Origin: Candidatus Nanosynbacter sp. BB002
Lineage (GTDB): Bacteria > Patescibacteriota > Saccharimonadia > Saccharimonadales > Saccharimonadaceae
Reading direction: 5' to 3'
NCBI RefSeq assembly: GCF_037013405.1
Contig: NZ_CP146064.1
Coordinates: forward strand, 480,001-512,000
DNA length: 32,000 nucleotides
This document shows, piece by piece, positions 23,923 through 32,000 of the stretch. Both the position numbers and the translations under genes were made by a program. The notes beneath the pieces are model-generated. The model was not told where the DNA came from. It saw nothing but the letters and a program-made list of their open reading frames with translations, and searched no databases. Numbering within the stretch: the stretch's first letter is position 1; each line of letters begins with the position of its first letter.

Positions 23923-24338
23923 AACGCTCCCAAATCTTTTAGTGCTTGTTCAAAGCTTGTCATGGCTCGTCGAAAACTCTGCGCGGTTAATTTCACGTTA
24001 GTTTCGTGGGCAATTTGGTTGCGCAATTTGTGCGCCGCCCACAAACCATTTTCATCCGTCCAATCACCCTTGCGAGCTTTCAGTCTGTCGCCCATCGTCG
24101 TACCCGCCACGCCACAGTCGCGCATGGCTTTGTCGAGCAGTTTGTCGGCTTTAACAATCGCCATCTGCAAGCCGTCTGAGCCGCCCGCTTTTGCACCATG
24201 TTGAATTGCCCGCCAAACTTTTCGGTACATTTCCCTGTCGAGTTTTTGATGTCCGCGTGATGTTAATTGGATAAAAATAATTAACAAAGCACCAATCACC
24301 AGCGCCGCTACTACCAGCGCGATCAATAATCCGTCCAT
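23919..24338 (-). CDS. membrane-anchored protein with an Rx4H (HEPN/DUF4145-like) motif, unknown function
   Basis: 139 aa with an N-terminal TM helix (LLIALVVAALVIGALLIIFI) and a C-terminal AAHKLRNQIAHE. Its start and stop codons overlap gatA and gatB. Confidence 0.6.
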   Translation of the reverse strand: MDGLLIALVVAALVIGALLIIFIQLTSRGHQKLDREMYRKVWRAIQHGAKAGGSDGLQMAIVKADKLLDKAMRDCGVAGTTMGDRLKARKGDWTDENGLWAAHKLRNQIAHETNVKLTAQSFRRAMTSFEQALKDLGAL

Positions 24339-25711
24339 CAGGCAGCCTCCACTTCTGAGGCCAACTTCAACAAGTTGCTGTCTGACTGATAATCACCAAT
24401 CAACTGCACGCCAATTGGCAAACCTTCATCGTTACTTCCAGCTGGCACAGAAATCGCCGGTAGTCCCGCCAGGCTGGCCGGCACGGTCATGATATCCGCT
24501 AGATACATTTTAATTGGATCATTGGTATTTTCGCCAAGTTTGAACGCCGGTGTTGGCGCAACTGGCATCAACAGTGCGTCGTACTCAGCAAACAACTGTT
24601 TGAACTCATTGATAAGCAGCGTGCGCGCTTTTTGCGCCTGCATGTAGTAAGCATCAAAGAAACCGCTCGACAACACAAAGCTACCAATCATAATTCGCCG
24701 TTTGTTCTCCGTCGTAAAACCTTCGTTGCGACTGCGACCGTACAACTCCGCCAGCGTTTTCACCTCAGCCGCCCGGTGACCATAGCGCACGCCATCATAG
24801 CGCGCCAAGTTTGACGATATTTCCGCCGGCACAATGATGTAATACATCGCCAGCGAATGTTGCATCATACTGAGGTCCACTTCTTCAACGTCATAGCCCA
24901 GCTGCTTTAACTTTTCTGCATAGTCAAGCGTTTTCTGGCGAACCGCCGCGTCCACATCGTCAGTCATACATTGCTTCACCAAACCAATCTTCTTCTTGGT
25001 AAATTCTGGCTGATGCTGCCAAAAGTCCGGCAGTGTGGTCATGTCCTTATCGTCACGGCCCGCCATGATTTCCATCACCAAATTAGCGTCATCAGCGTTT
25101 GTCGCGAAACAACCAATCGTGTCCGTGCTCGACGCCATGGCAACCACGCCATAGCGACTGACCGCGCCGTAGGTTGGCTTGACGCCGACCACGCCATTGA
25201 AGCTGGCTGGCTGACGAATCGAACCGCCAGTATCGGTACCCAACGCAAACGGCACCACGTCAAGCGCCGTCACGACCGCCGAGCCGCCCGACGAACCGCC
25301 AGCTACGCGAGTTTTATCTGCAGCATTTTTGGTCGGACCAAAGGCTGAGTTTTCCGTCGAGCCACCGTGAGCAAAGGCGTCCAAGTTCGCCTTGCCGATG
25401 CAAATTGCGCCTTCAGCCTCCAATTTTTCAACGGCTGTGGCTTGCAGTGGCGCGTTAAAATTCTCAAGCATTTTTGCGGCAGCAGTCGTTGGCGCACCAA
25501 AGGCCAAGAAATTGTCTTTTACGACAAATGGCACACCGGCCAGCCTGCCAGAAACTTCACCCTTATCCACCAGCTCGGCCCGCTCCAACGCCCGCTCTTC
25601 TGTCAAGCTCAGTAGTGCATGATATTCTTCAATCTCGCGCGCTCGTCGCAATGCTTCCTTGACATTGTCAACTGCACTTTTCCCTACAAAATCACTAATC
25701 CGACTCATCAC
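24338..25711 (-). CDS. gatA: Glu-tRNA(Gln) amidotransferase subunit A
   Basis: It carries the amidase signature GGSSGGSAVVTA and is 457 aa. Confidence 0.9.
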   Translation of the reverse strand: MMSRISDFVGKSAVDNVKEALRRAREIEEYHALLSLTEERALERAELVDKGEVSGRLAGVPFVVKDNFLAFGAPTTAAAKMLENFNAPLQATAVEKLEAEGAICIGKANLDAFAHGGSTENSAFGPTKNAADKTRVAGGSSGGSAVVTALDVVPFALGTDTGGSIRQPASFNGVVGVKPTYGAVSRYGVVAMASSTDTIGCFATNADDANLVMEIMAGRDDKDMTTLPDFWQHQPEFTKKKIGLVKQCMTDDVDAAVRQKTLDYAEKLKQLGYDVEEVDLSMMQHSLAMYYIIVPAEISSNLARYDGVRYGHRAAEVKTLAELYGRSRNEGFTTENKRRIMIGSFVLSSGFFDAYYMQAQKARTLLINEFKQLFAEYDALLMPVAPTPAFKLGENTNDPIKMYLADIMTVPASLAGLPAISVPAGSNDEGLPIGVQLIGDYQSDSNLLKLASEVEAA

Positions 25712-25995
25712 AACACCTGTGGCACTTTCACTTGATTGTTCTGTTTTTCGGGCGCTAGCTCAAGTAGCTCATCCCGAGAAATCCCTGACTGAACCTCATC
25801 TTCCCGCCAGACATTTTCTAGACCCGTCACTTGATAGGTCGGCTCCACACCAGACGTATCGAGCTCATCCAATTGATTGATATATTCTACGATTTTCTCC
25901 ACGTCCTGTCGCAAGCCATCCACTTCGCCATCTGCCAATTGCAAACCGCTCAAATCCGCCAAGCGCTGGACATCACTATTAGAAATTGCACTCAT
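25708..25995 (-). CDS. gatC: Glu-tRNA(Gln) amidotransferase subunit C
   Basis: 95 aa, immediately upstream of gatA with a 4-nt overlap. It has a typical GatC N-terminus (DVQRLADLSGLQL). Confidence 0.85.
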   Translation of the reverse strand: MSAISNSDVQRLADLSGLQLADGEVDGLRQDVEKIVEYINQLDELDTSGVEPTYQVTGLENVWREDEVQSGISRDELLELAPEKQNNQVKVPQVL

Positions 25996-26001
25996 GAACT
26001 C

Positions 26002-26010
26002 ATTATACCA
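26002..26010 (-). promoter_or_regulatory. extended -10 (TGgTATAAT), 6 nt upstream of the gatC ATG
   Basis: The minus strand reads aagTGgTATAATgagttcATG. Confidence 0.6.
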
Positions 26011-26025
26011 CTTGAAAATTAATTA

Positions 26026-26062
26026 CAGAAAATCACTCGCCCCCATATCTAGGAGCGAGTGA
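26026..26062 (-). terminator. intrinsic terminator after the uvrB-membrane protein unit
   Basis: The minus strand reads TCACTCGC(tCC)-tagatat-(GGgg)GCGAGTGA followed by TTTTCTG. Confidence 0.65.
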
Positions 26063-26080
26063 CAGGTGATACCCAACTAA

Positions 26081-26800
26081 CTAGTCAAGTAGGTAGCTTG
26101 AGTTGTATTTGAAGTTTGATTTTTTGATACTTGGCTTGTCATGAGCCTGCACTGCCAACGTGATAGCTAGGGCAACTGCGACAACACTGGTGATTGCGAT
26201 CAACGTGATAGCCAATGGACGTGATTTGTTGTAGCCGTTGATGATTTTACCAATGAAAAATACCACAACTGCCAATACTGCCAAGCATACCAGTGATGGC
26301 AAGAAGTTACCCAAGTACAGTGCTGTGTATACTGAACCAGCATCTGAAACGCCAATCAATAACAACGAGCTAATCAATACACTGATGAGGTTTGCGACCA
26401 GTGGCAACGCCGCCAATACGATCATGAACAAGCTACCATAGGTTGTCAGTTTGTAAGCCAATCGACCAGTGTAGCCGCTACGGTCAGCGGCAATTGCGCG
26501 TGTTACGCGGCCAAATAGGACAAATGCCAACACTGAAAATAGTACTGCCAAAATACTAACGGCCAAAATGTTTGCAGTGATCGAGCCGCTCAACATCAAA
26601 CCAAATGACATCGCTTCTTTTGCAGACCACATGCCGAACAACATTGGTACGAGTACTACACTGGTGATTGCAGCAAATGTTACTGAAACCATTGCTAATG
26701 CGTATTCAAATGTAAGCCATTTTGCTTGCGAAGCAGCGCGTGGAGCCATGTACTCAGCTTGCTCGACGACTGGAGTTTCTGTTGTTTTCAATTCTGCCAT
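26081..26800 (-). CDS. multi-pass membrane protein, unknown function
   Basis: About six hydrophobic segments. The start is set at ATG 26798-26800 (MAELKTTE), preceded by AAGGAGGAG. The track extension overlaps the uvrB 3' end. Confidence 0.7.
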   Translation of the reverse strand: MAELKTTETPVVEQAEYMAPRAASQAKWLTFEYALAMVSVTFAAITSVVLVPMLFGMWSAKEAMSFGLMLSGSITANILAVSILAVLFSVLAFVLFGRVTRAIAADRSGYTGRLAYKLTTYGSLFMIVLAALPLVANLISVLISSLLLIGVSDAGSVYTALYLGNFLPSLVCLAVLAVVVFFIGKIINGYNKSRPLAITLIAITSVVAVALAITLAVQAHDKPSIKKSNFKYNSSYLLD

Positions 26801-26828
26801 ATAATTCTCCTCCTTATTATGGTTATCT

Positions 26829-28826
26829 TTAGTGTACCATTGTTTGCTTAATTTCTGCAATCAAATCACGCAGCTCTGCGGCTTTTTCAAACTCTAGATT
26901 GGCGCTATGCAGCTCCATTTGACCGGTCAGTTCCTTGATCAGCGTTGGGTATTCGTCCTTTGGAATTTTCTTCAAATCAAGTTTTGGCTTTTTATCCGAT
27001 TCTTTTTGCGGAATGATGGAGCGCAGGCCATCGTCAATCTTCTTCTGAATGGTTTGCGGCGTGATACCGTGCTCTTCGTTATATTGCTGCTGAATTTGCC
27101 GCCGACGATTCGTCTCATCAATCGCTCGGTGCATACTGTCAGTCACATTATCGCCGTACATCAACACCCGCCCATCGACATGCCGCGCCGCCCGGCCAAT
27201 TGTCTGAATCAGTGCCTGTTCAGAGCGGAGGAAACCTTCTTTATCAGCATCCATAATCGCCACCAGACTGACTTCCGGTAGGTCCAGCCCCTCACGTAGC
27301 AAATTGATACCAACTAACACGTCATACGTTCCCAGTCGCAAATCTTTGAGAATATCGCCGCGCTCTAATGTGTCAATTTCACTGTGTAGATACGCCGTTT
27401 TCACACCATTATCGGTCAGGTAGGCACTCAGATCCTCAGCCATGCGCTTGGTCAAGGTGGTTACCAGCACGCGGTGGCCGTTGGCGATGGTCTGGCGAAT
27501 CTCCTCCATCAAATCATCAACCTGCCCTTCGGTCGGCCGCACCTCAATCGGCGGATCAAGCAGCCCCGTCGGCCGAATCAACTGCTCAGCCGGCTTTGGT
27601 GAATGAGCAATTTCATAGTCACCCGGCGTAGCCGACACATAAATCGCCTGGTGAATATGCTGATCAAATTCATCAAATCTCAGCGGGCGGTTATCCAACG
27701 CACTCGGCAAACGAAAACCATGCTCCACCAACACTTCCTTGCGCGCCCGGTCGCCGTTATACATACCGCGGACTTGCGGCAAGGTCATATGCGACTCATC
27801 GACCAGCAGCAACCAATCGTCCGGAAAATAATCAATCAAGGTCGCCGGCTGCTCGCCCGGCTCGCGGTCAGTCAGATAGCGCGAATAATTCTCGATGCCT
27901 TTAACAAAGCCAGTTTCTTTGAGCATTTCTAGGTCATATTTGGTGCGTTGACTGAGGCGCTGTGCCTCGAGTAACTTGTCGTGCGACTCAAGCCATTTGA
28001 GCCGCTCGTCAAACTCTTTTTCGATACCGATGATAGCTTTTTCAATTCGTTCACGTGGCGTCGAATAGTGGCTCGACGGGAAAATCATCAGGCTAGCTGG
28101 CTGATCCAAAATCTCGCCCGTCAGCGGATCGATTCGCGTGAGTCTCTCGACCTCATCGCCAAAAAATTCCACCCGCACCGCCGTGTCCTGCCCAGCCGGG
28201 AAAATATCGACCACGTCGCCGCGCACCCTGAAAGTGCCGCGCGCAAAATCAATGTCGTTGCGCTTGTACTGAATATCGGTCAGCAGGCGGATGAACTTAT
28301 CCTGAACCCGCCGCTCACCGACCGTCAATTGAATGGCCATATCGGCGTACGTCTCCGGTGAACCAATGCCGTAAATGCAAGACACGCTCGCCACAATGAT
28401 CACATCGCGCCGCGTTAGCAATGCCGAGGTCGCCGCATGCCGCAGCCGATCGATTTCATCATTAATCTTCGAATCTTTTTCAATGTAGGTGTCGCTACTG
28501 GCGATGTAGGCTTCCGGCTGATAATAATCAAAATAGCTAACGAAATAATGCACCTCGTTATCCGGAAAAAACTCCTTAAACTCAGAAAACAGCTGCGCCG
28601 CCAAAGTCTTATTGTGCGCCAGCACCAGCGTTGGCACATTAGCTCGGGCAATAATATTCGCCATAGTAAAGGTCTTACCTGAACCGGTCACGCCCAGCAG
28701 CGTTTGCTCGCGCTCGCCCCGCTCCAAACCATCCACCAACTGAGCAATCGCCGTTGGCTGGTCGCCGGTCGGCTGATAGTTGGAGACGAGATTAAAGGCA
28801 TTCATATCATTACTATTGTAACGCAT
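26829..28826 (-). CDS. uvrB: excinuclease ABC subunit B
   Basis: It has [14 protein letters not shown], Walker A (GVTGSGKTF), helicase motifs and a C-terminal UVR domain ([17 protein letters not shown]). The alternative start at ATG 28803-28805 ([12 protein letters not shown]) fits homologue N-termini. Confidence 0.9.
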   Translation of the reverse strand: MRYNSNDMNAFNLVSNYQPTGDQPTAIAQLVDGLERGEREQTLLGVTGSGKTFTMANIIARANVPTLVLAHNKTLAAQLFSEFKEFFPDNEVHYFVSYFDYYQPEAYIASSDTYIEKDSKINDEIDRLRHAATSALLTRRDVIIVASVSCIYGIGSPETYADMAIQLTVGERRVQDKFIRLLTDIQYKRNDIDFARGTFRVRGDVVDIFPAGQDTAVRVEFFGDEVERLTRIDPLTGEILDQPASLMIFPSSHYSTPRERIEKAIIGIEKEFDERLKWLESHDKLLEAQRLSQRTKYDLEMLKETGFVKGIENYSRYLTDREPGEQPATLIDYFPDDWLLLVDESHMTLPQVRGMYNGDRARKEVLVEHGFRLPSALDNRPLRFDEFDQHIHQAIYVSATPGDYEIAHSPKPAEQLIRPTGLLDPPIEVRPTEGQVDDLMEEIRQTIANGHRVLVTTLTKRMAEDLSAYLTDNGVKTAYLHSEIDTLERGDILKDLRLGTYDVLVGINLLREGLDLPEVSLVAIMDADKEGFLRSEQALIQTIGRAARHVDGRVLMYGDNVTDSMHRAIDETNRRRQIQQQYNEEHGITPQTIQKKIDDGLRSIIPQKESDKKPKLDLKKIPKDEYPTLIKELTGQMELHSANLEFEKAAELRDLIAEIKQTMVH

Positions 28827-28849
28827 CGCAATTTATATATAAAAATATT

Positions 28850-28877
28850 TTGAAAATCACCCGCAGTATGGTATGGT
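28850..28877 (+). promoter_or_regulatory. promoter (TTGAAA-16-TGgTATGGT), 6 nt upstream of the leader-peptide ATG
   Basis: The sequence reads TTGAAAatcacccgcagtaTGgTATGGTagcaatATG. Confidence 0.5.
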
Positions 28878-28883
28878 AGCAAT

Positions 28884-28940
28884 ATGACATATCGACACAA
28901 CATCGTTGTTCGTCGTCGCCGCTCTGACCCAGAGGGCTAA
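28884..28940 (+). CDS. candidate arginine leader peptide MTYRHNIVVRRRRSDPEG
   Basis: An 18-codon ORF with 5 Arg codons, four of them consecutive (CGT CGT CGC CGC at 28911-28922). It lies between a promoter and a terminator, directly upstream of argG. Confidence 0.55.
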   Translation: MTYRHNIVVRRRRSDPEG

Positions 28941-28966
28941 TTAGTCGTATAGTAAAAACCAACTAC

Positions 28967-28996
28967 AGAGCCCTCGTCCGAGCGGCTCTTTTTGTT
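28967..28996 (+). terminator. attenuator terminator upstream of argG
   Basis: AGAGCC-CTC (28967-75) pairs with GAG-(c)-GGCTCT (28980-89) around the loop GTCC. TTTTGTT follows. It ends 4 nt before the argG ORF. Confidence 0.6.
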
Positions 28997-28999
28997 ATT

Positions 29000-30277
29000 A
29001 TGGAAAGGAAGGATATGGACCACGACGCGCCCCACTACACCAAGGTTGCCAGTCACGAAGCCGTGAACGGTGAGTTCGATACGTGCCTCTTGCTCTATTC
29101 GGGAGGCCTCGACACATCCGTCATGCTCACGTGGTTACAAGAAAAATATAATTGCAAGGTCATCACCCTAACGGTCAATATCGGCCAAACGGTTGATGAT
29201 CTCGATGCCATCGCCGAAAAAGCCAAAAAACTCGGCGCCATAGAAACCATCACGGTTGACGCCCGCAACCACTTCGCCGATGAGCTGTTGTCGCTGGCCA
29301 TCAAAGCCAACGCTGACTACCAAGGCGGCTACGCCCTCTGCACGCCACTCGGGCGCATTATCATCTCGCAATTAGCCGTCGAATATGCCGAAAAGTACAA
29401 TTGCAACGTCATCGCACACGGTGCCACCGGCAAAGGCAACGACCAAGTTCGCTTCGAGACCTATATCACCACGCTCAATCCGAAACTCAAAATCTTGGCA
29501 CCAGTGCGTGAGTGGAGTATGGGCCGAGAGGAAGAGCTTGCCTATGCCAAGAAGCACAACATCCCCGTGCCACACACTCAGGAGTCACCCTACTCAACCG
29601 ATGAAAACATGTGGGGTATCACCAGTGAGGGCGGCGAGATAGAATCGCCATCACTCAAGCCAAACTACCACGCCATCCTCAATTGGTGTTCAACCATCAA
29701 ATACACGCCAGATGAAGCCGAAGATATCACCATCAAATTCATCAAAGGTGTGCCCGTTGCCGTCGACAACCGTCACTTTTCACTCCAAGCACTCATCCAG
29801 CACTGTAACCAACTCGGCCGCAAACACGGCGTCGGTGTATCGACCCTCATTGAAGATCGATTGGTTGGCCTGAAAGTGCGCGGTGTCTACGAAAACCCTG
29901 GCGCTGCCATCTTGATTGCTGCTCATCAAAAGCTTGAGCAATTGGTGTCAACTCGTGTTGAAAATGAACTCAAAGCCGAAATGGACAAAAAATGGGCCTA
30001 CCTCACCTACGCGGCTCAGTGGTACGAGCCAGCCGTCCATCACATTAACGCCTACATTGATGATCAGAACCAAAAAGTCACCGGCACAGTGACGGTCCGC
30101 CTATACAAAGGTACCATCACCGTCGTCAGCGTGGACTCACCGCATTCGTTGTTTGATATCAATCTTGCAACGTTTGATTCCAACACCGCATTCAACCAGA
30201 ATTCGTCCGCCGGATTCATTGAATTATATTCATTAAGTCAGCGAACAGCTGAAGGAGCATACTCATATGGCAAATAA
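29000..30277 (+). CDS. argG: argininosuccinate synthase
   Basis: It has the LLLYSGGLDTSV ATP-binding motif and is 425 aa. The second ATG at 29015, preceded by AAGGAAGGA, is an alternative start. Confidence 0.9.
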   Translation: MERKDMDHDAPHYTKVASHEAVNGEFDTCLLLYSGGLDTSVMLTWLQEKYNCKVITLTVNIGQTVDDLDAIAEKAKKLGAIETITVDARNHFADELLSLAIKANADYQGGYALCTPLGRIIISQLAVEYAEKYNCNVIAHGATGKGNDQVRFETYITTLNPKLKILAPVREWSMGREEELAYAKKHNIPVPHTQESPYSTDENMWGITSEGGEIESPSLKPNYHAILNWCSTIKYTPDEAEDITIKFIKGVPVAVDNRHFSLQALIQHCNQLGRKHGVGVSTLIEDRLVGLKVRGVYENPGAAILIAAHQKLEQLVSTRVENELKAEMDKKWAYLTYAAQWYEPAVHHINAYIDDQNQKVTGTVTVRLYKGTITVVSVDSPHSLFDINLATFDSNTAFNQNSSAGFIELYSLSQRTAEGAYSYGK

Positions 30278-31463
30278 ACTATGGCAATCAACCGCAACCG
30301 GCTCACTCCACCCACTAGTCGAGTCATACACCGTTGGCGACGACCAAGTGCTGGACCAACATTTGCTGGGGCATGATATCACCGCCACTAAAGCGCACGC
30401 TCACATGCTAGAAAAAATTGGCGTATTGACCAGCGACGAGTATCAACAATTAGCAGCCGCCTTGGACGAGCTGCTGAACGAGTGGAAAACTGGTGCCTTC
30501 ACCCTCACCAGCGAGCACGAAGATGGCCACACCGCCATTGAGCTGTATCTGACAGAAAAGCTCGGCCCCATCGGCAAAAAGGTTCACACTGGCCGAAGCC
30601 GCAATGACCAAGCCTTGGTGATGATGCGCTTGTTCATCAAAACAGAGCTTGAAGCAGTAGCCGAAAAGCTGGAAGCAGTCGCCCAGGCCTATGCTGGCAA
30701 AATCACTGCCATCGGCCAGACCGAAATGCCTGGCTACACCCACACCCAAAAAGCCATGCCAACCACAGTCAGCATGTGGCTTGGTTCCTACCACGATGCG
30801 TTCAATGACCTCCGACAACTGGTGGCACACAGCATCGCCGCCATCGACCAAAATCCACTGGGTAGCGCCGCTGGCTTTGGCGTTACGCTGCCACTTGACC
30901 GCCAGATGACGACCAGTGAACTGGGCTTTGCCAAAGTGCAAGAAAACCCAATGTACTGTGGTCTGTCACGCGGCGTGTTTGAACTAATTGCCGTGCAAGC
31001 GCTCAACCCAATCATGGTCTTTGCTGGTAAATTTGCCGAAGACATGTTGCTATTTACTTCGCAGGAGTTTAATTATTTCAAACTGCCCGTCACCATGACC
31101 ACCGGCTCGTCCATCATGCCACACAAACGCAACTACGACGTCTTTGAGATTATGCGCGCTACTGCCCACGCTTATCCAAATTATGCTCTGCAGCTCCAAG
31201 CCATTTCGACAGGTGCCGGTAGCGGCTACCACCGTGATTTGCAGTTGACCAAAAAAATCACCATGGACGCCTTTACGTCGGCACTCGACACACTGGAAGT
31301 TCTGGCGCTCTGTGTCAGCGAGCTGGAAGCCAACACTGACCGATTGGCCGAGGCGATGACCGATGAACTTTACACCGTTGCCAAAATCAACGAATTGGTG
31401 GAAAAAGGTGTGCCATTCCGCGACGCTTACCAGAAGGTTAAGCAATCATTTCTGGGTGAATAA
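30267..31463 (+). CDS. argH: argininosuccinate lyase (short form, 398 aa)
   Basis: It has GRSRNDQ and GSSIMPHKRNYD (fumarate-lyase signature). It overlaps argG by 11 nt. Confidence 0.85.
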   Translation: MANKLWQSTATGSLHPLVESYTVGDDQVLDQHLLGHDITATKAHAHMLEKIGVLTSDEYQQLAAALDELLNEWKTGAFTLTSEHEDGHTAIELYLTEKLGPIGKKVHTGRSRNDQALVMMRLFIKTELEAVAEKLEAVAQAYAGKITAIGQTEMPGYTHTQKAMPTTVSMWLGSYHDAFNDLRQLVAHSIAAIDQNPLGSAAGFGVTLPLDRQMTTSELGFAKVQENPMYCGLSRGVFELIAVQALNPIMVFAGKFAEDMLLFTSQEFNYFKLPVTMTTGSSIMPHKRNYDVFEIMRATAHAYPNYALQLQAISTGAGSGYHRDLQLTKKITMDAFTSALDTLEVLALCVSELEANTDRLAEAMTDELYTVAKINELVEKGVPFRDAYQKVKQSFLGE

Positions 31464-31494
31464 TCCCTGATTTTCACTGGTAACCGCCAACTAT

Positions 31495-31524
31495 TTGACA
31501 AACACAAGCTTTTTGTGCTATAAT
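31495..31524 (+). promoter_or_regulatory. near-consensus promoter (TTGACA-18-TGcTATAAT) for the LOG-family gene
   Basis: The sequence reads TTGACAaacacaagctttttgTGcTATAAT. A leader of about 32 nt follows before ATG 31563. Confidence 0.6.
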
Positions 31525-31562
31525 CAAAAGATACGTGAATTAAAACATAAAAAGGCAGAAAA

Positions 31563-32000
31563 ATGACAGACAACAAAGATCTGGTGTGTATACCACGCGA
31601 AATTGAACTCCAAGCTGCAATGTTCCGTTTGGGCAATATTAACGAGGAAATTCAAAAAGGTTATGAAATTCTCAAAAAATACCATAAGACGGTGACCTTT
31701 TTCGGTTCGGCGCGTACCTGCCCAGACAGCCCATATTACCAAGCTGCCAAAGAAGCCTCTGAGCGTTTGGCAAGCTTGGGTTATGCAGTTGTCTCTGGTG
31801 GTGGCCACGGTATCATGGGTGCTGCTAACGAAGGCGCCAACAAAGCGGTCCAAAAAGGTGCGCGCGCTGCCGGTGGTGAATCAATCGCCTTTAACATCAA
31901 ATTGCCCCACGAACAGGATCTCAATGAGTATGCGACTGAGGCGTTTGAATTTCAGCACTTCGCTCCCCGAAAAATCGTTATGACCATGTACGCTGATGCT
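31563..32000 (+). CDS. LOG family protein (TIGR00730 / cytokinin riboside 5'-monophosphate phosphoribohydrolase-like), partial
   Basis: Translation reads MTDNKDLVCIPREIELQ...KTVTFFGSARTCPDSPYY...VVSGGGHGIMGAANEGA. It runs off the right edge in frame, so it is not in the ORF track. Confidence 0.8.
   Translation, partial: MTDNKDLVCIPREIELQAAMFRLGNINEEIQKGYEILKKYHKTVTFFGSARTCPDSPYYQAAKEASERLASLGYAVVSGGGHGIMGAANEGANKAVQKGARAAGGESIAFNIKLPHEQDLNEYATEAFEFQHFAPRKIVMTMYADA

Noticed and set aside
28803-28826. Possible leaderless signal for uvrB.
   Set aside because: The -10 candidates (TATATA/TATAAA before ATG 28824-28826, TACAAT 9 nt before ATG 28803-28805) do not fit the 6-7 nt spacing cleanly. The uvrB start and promoter are therefore left ambiguous rather than added to the leaderless list.
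1-32000. Alternative genetic code (UGA recoded, as in some candidate-phyla lineages).
   Set aside because: Several well-conserved genes terminate at TGA at the expected length, for example pepN, the small ORF at 10567 and the HExxH protein at 454-456. No conserved gene is interrupted by in-frame TGA. The standard code fits.

Overview
This is a gene-dense, mostly housekeeping 32-kb stretch from a small-genome bacterium. Gene content and protein sequences suggest a Saccharibacteria/CPR-like or other reduced Gram-positive-like lineage, but that is inference only. TGA, TAA and TAG all act as stops, so the standard code applies.

Gene order, left to right:
- radA (partial), an HExxH membrane protein, clpC and nusA, all on the minus strand.
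- An AT-richer divergent pair of orphan genes, then a secreted DUF1524/HNH-type nuclease.
- pepN.
- An rnhB-yraN fusion bracketed by two small-membrane-protein cassettes.
- A membrane protein, rplS, malic enzyme, a lone pilB-like ATPase and a SpoU methyltransferase.
- A long minus-strand block: gatC-gatA-(HEPN-like membrane protein)-gatB-(P-loop kinase)-galU-(two small membrane proteins)-dnaE.
- uvrB plus a membrane protein.
- argG-argH and a partial LOG-family gene.

No rRNA, tRNA, CRISPR array, transposase or integrase was seen.

Most notable observations:
1. An 18-codon leader ORF with four consecutive Arg codons, plus alternative antiterminator and terminator helices, lies directly upstream of argGH. 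This is a candidate arginine-sensing transcription attenuator.
2. Two paralogous cassettes (promoter, leader hairpin, small membrane ORF, long terminator) flank rnhB. Their leader helices covary and their 72-nt 3' hairpin elements are 100 percent identical.
3. At 13 gene starts, a -10 box (usually extended TGnTATAAT) sits exactly 6-7 nt upstream of the start codon. This implies widespread leaderless mRNAs, while a minority of genes have clear Shine-Dalgarno leaders.
4. An orphan divergent gene pair has its own promoters and terminator.
5. A membrane-anchored protein with an Rx4H (HEPN-like) motif is translationally coupled inside gatCAB.
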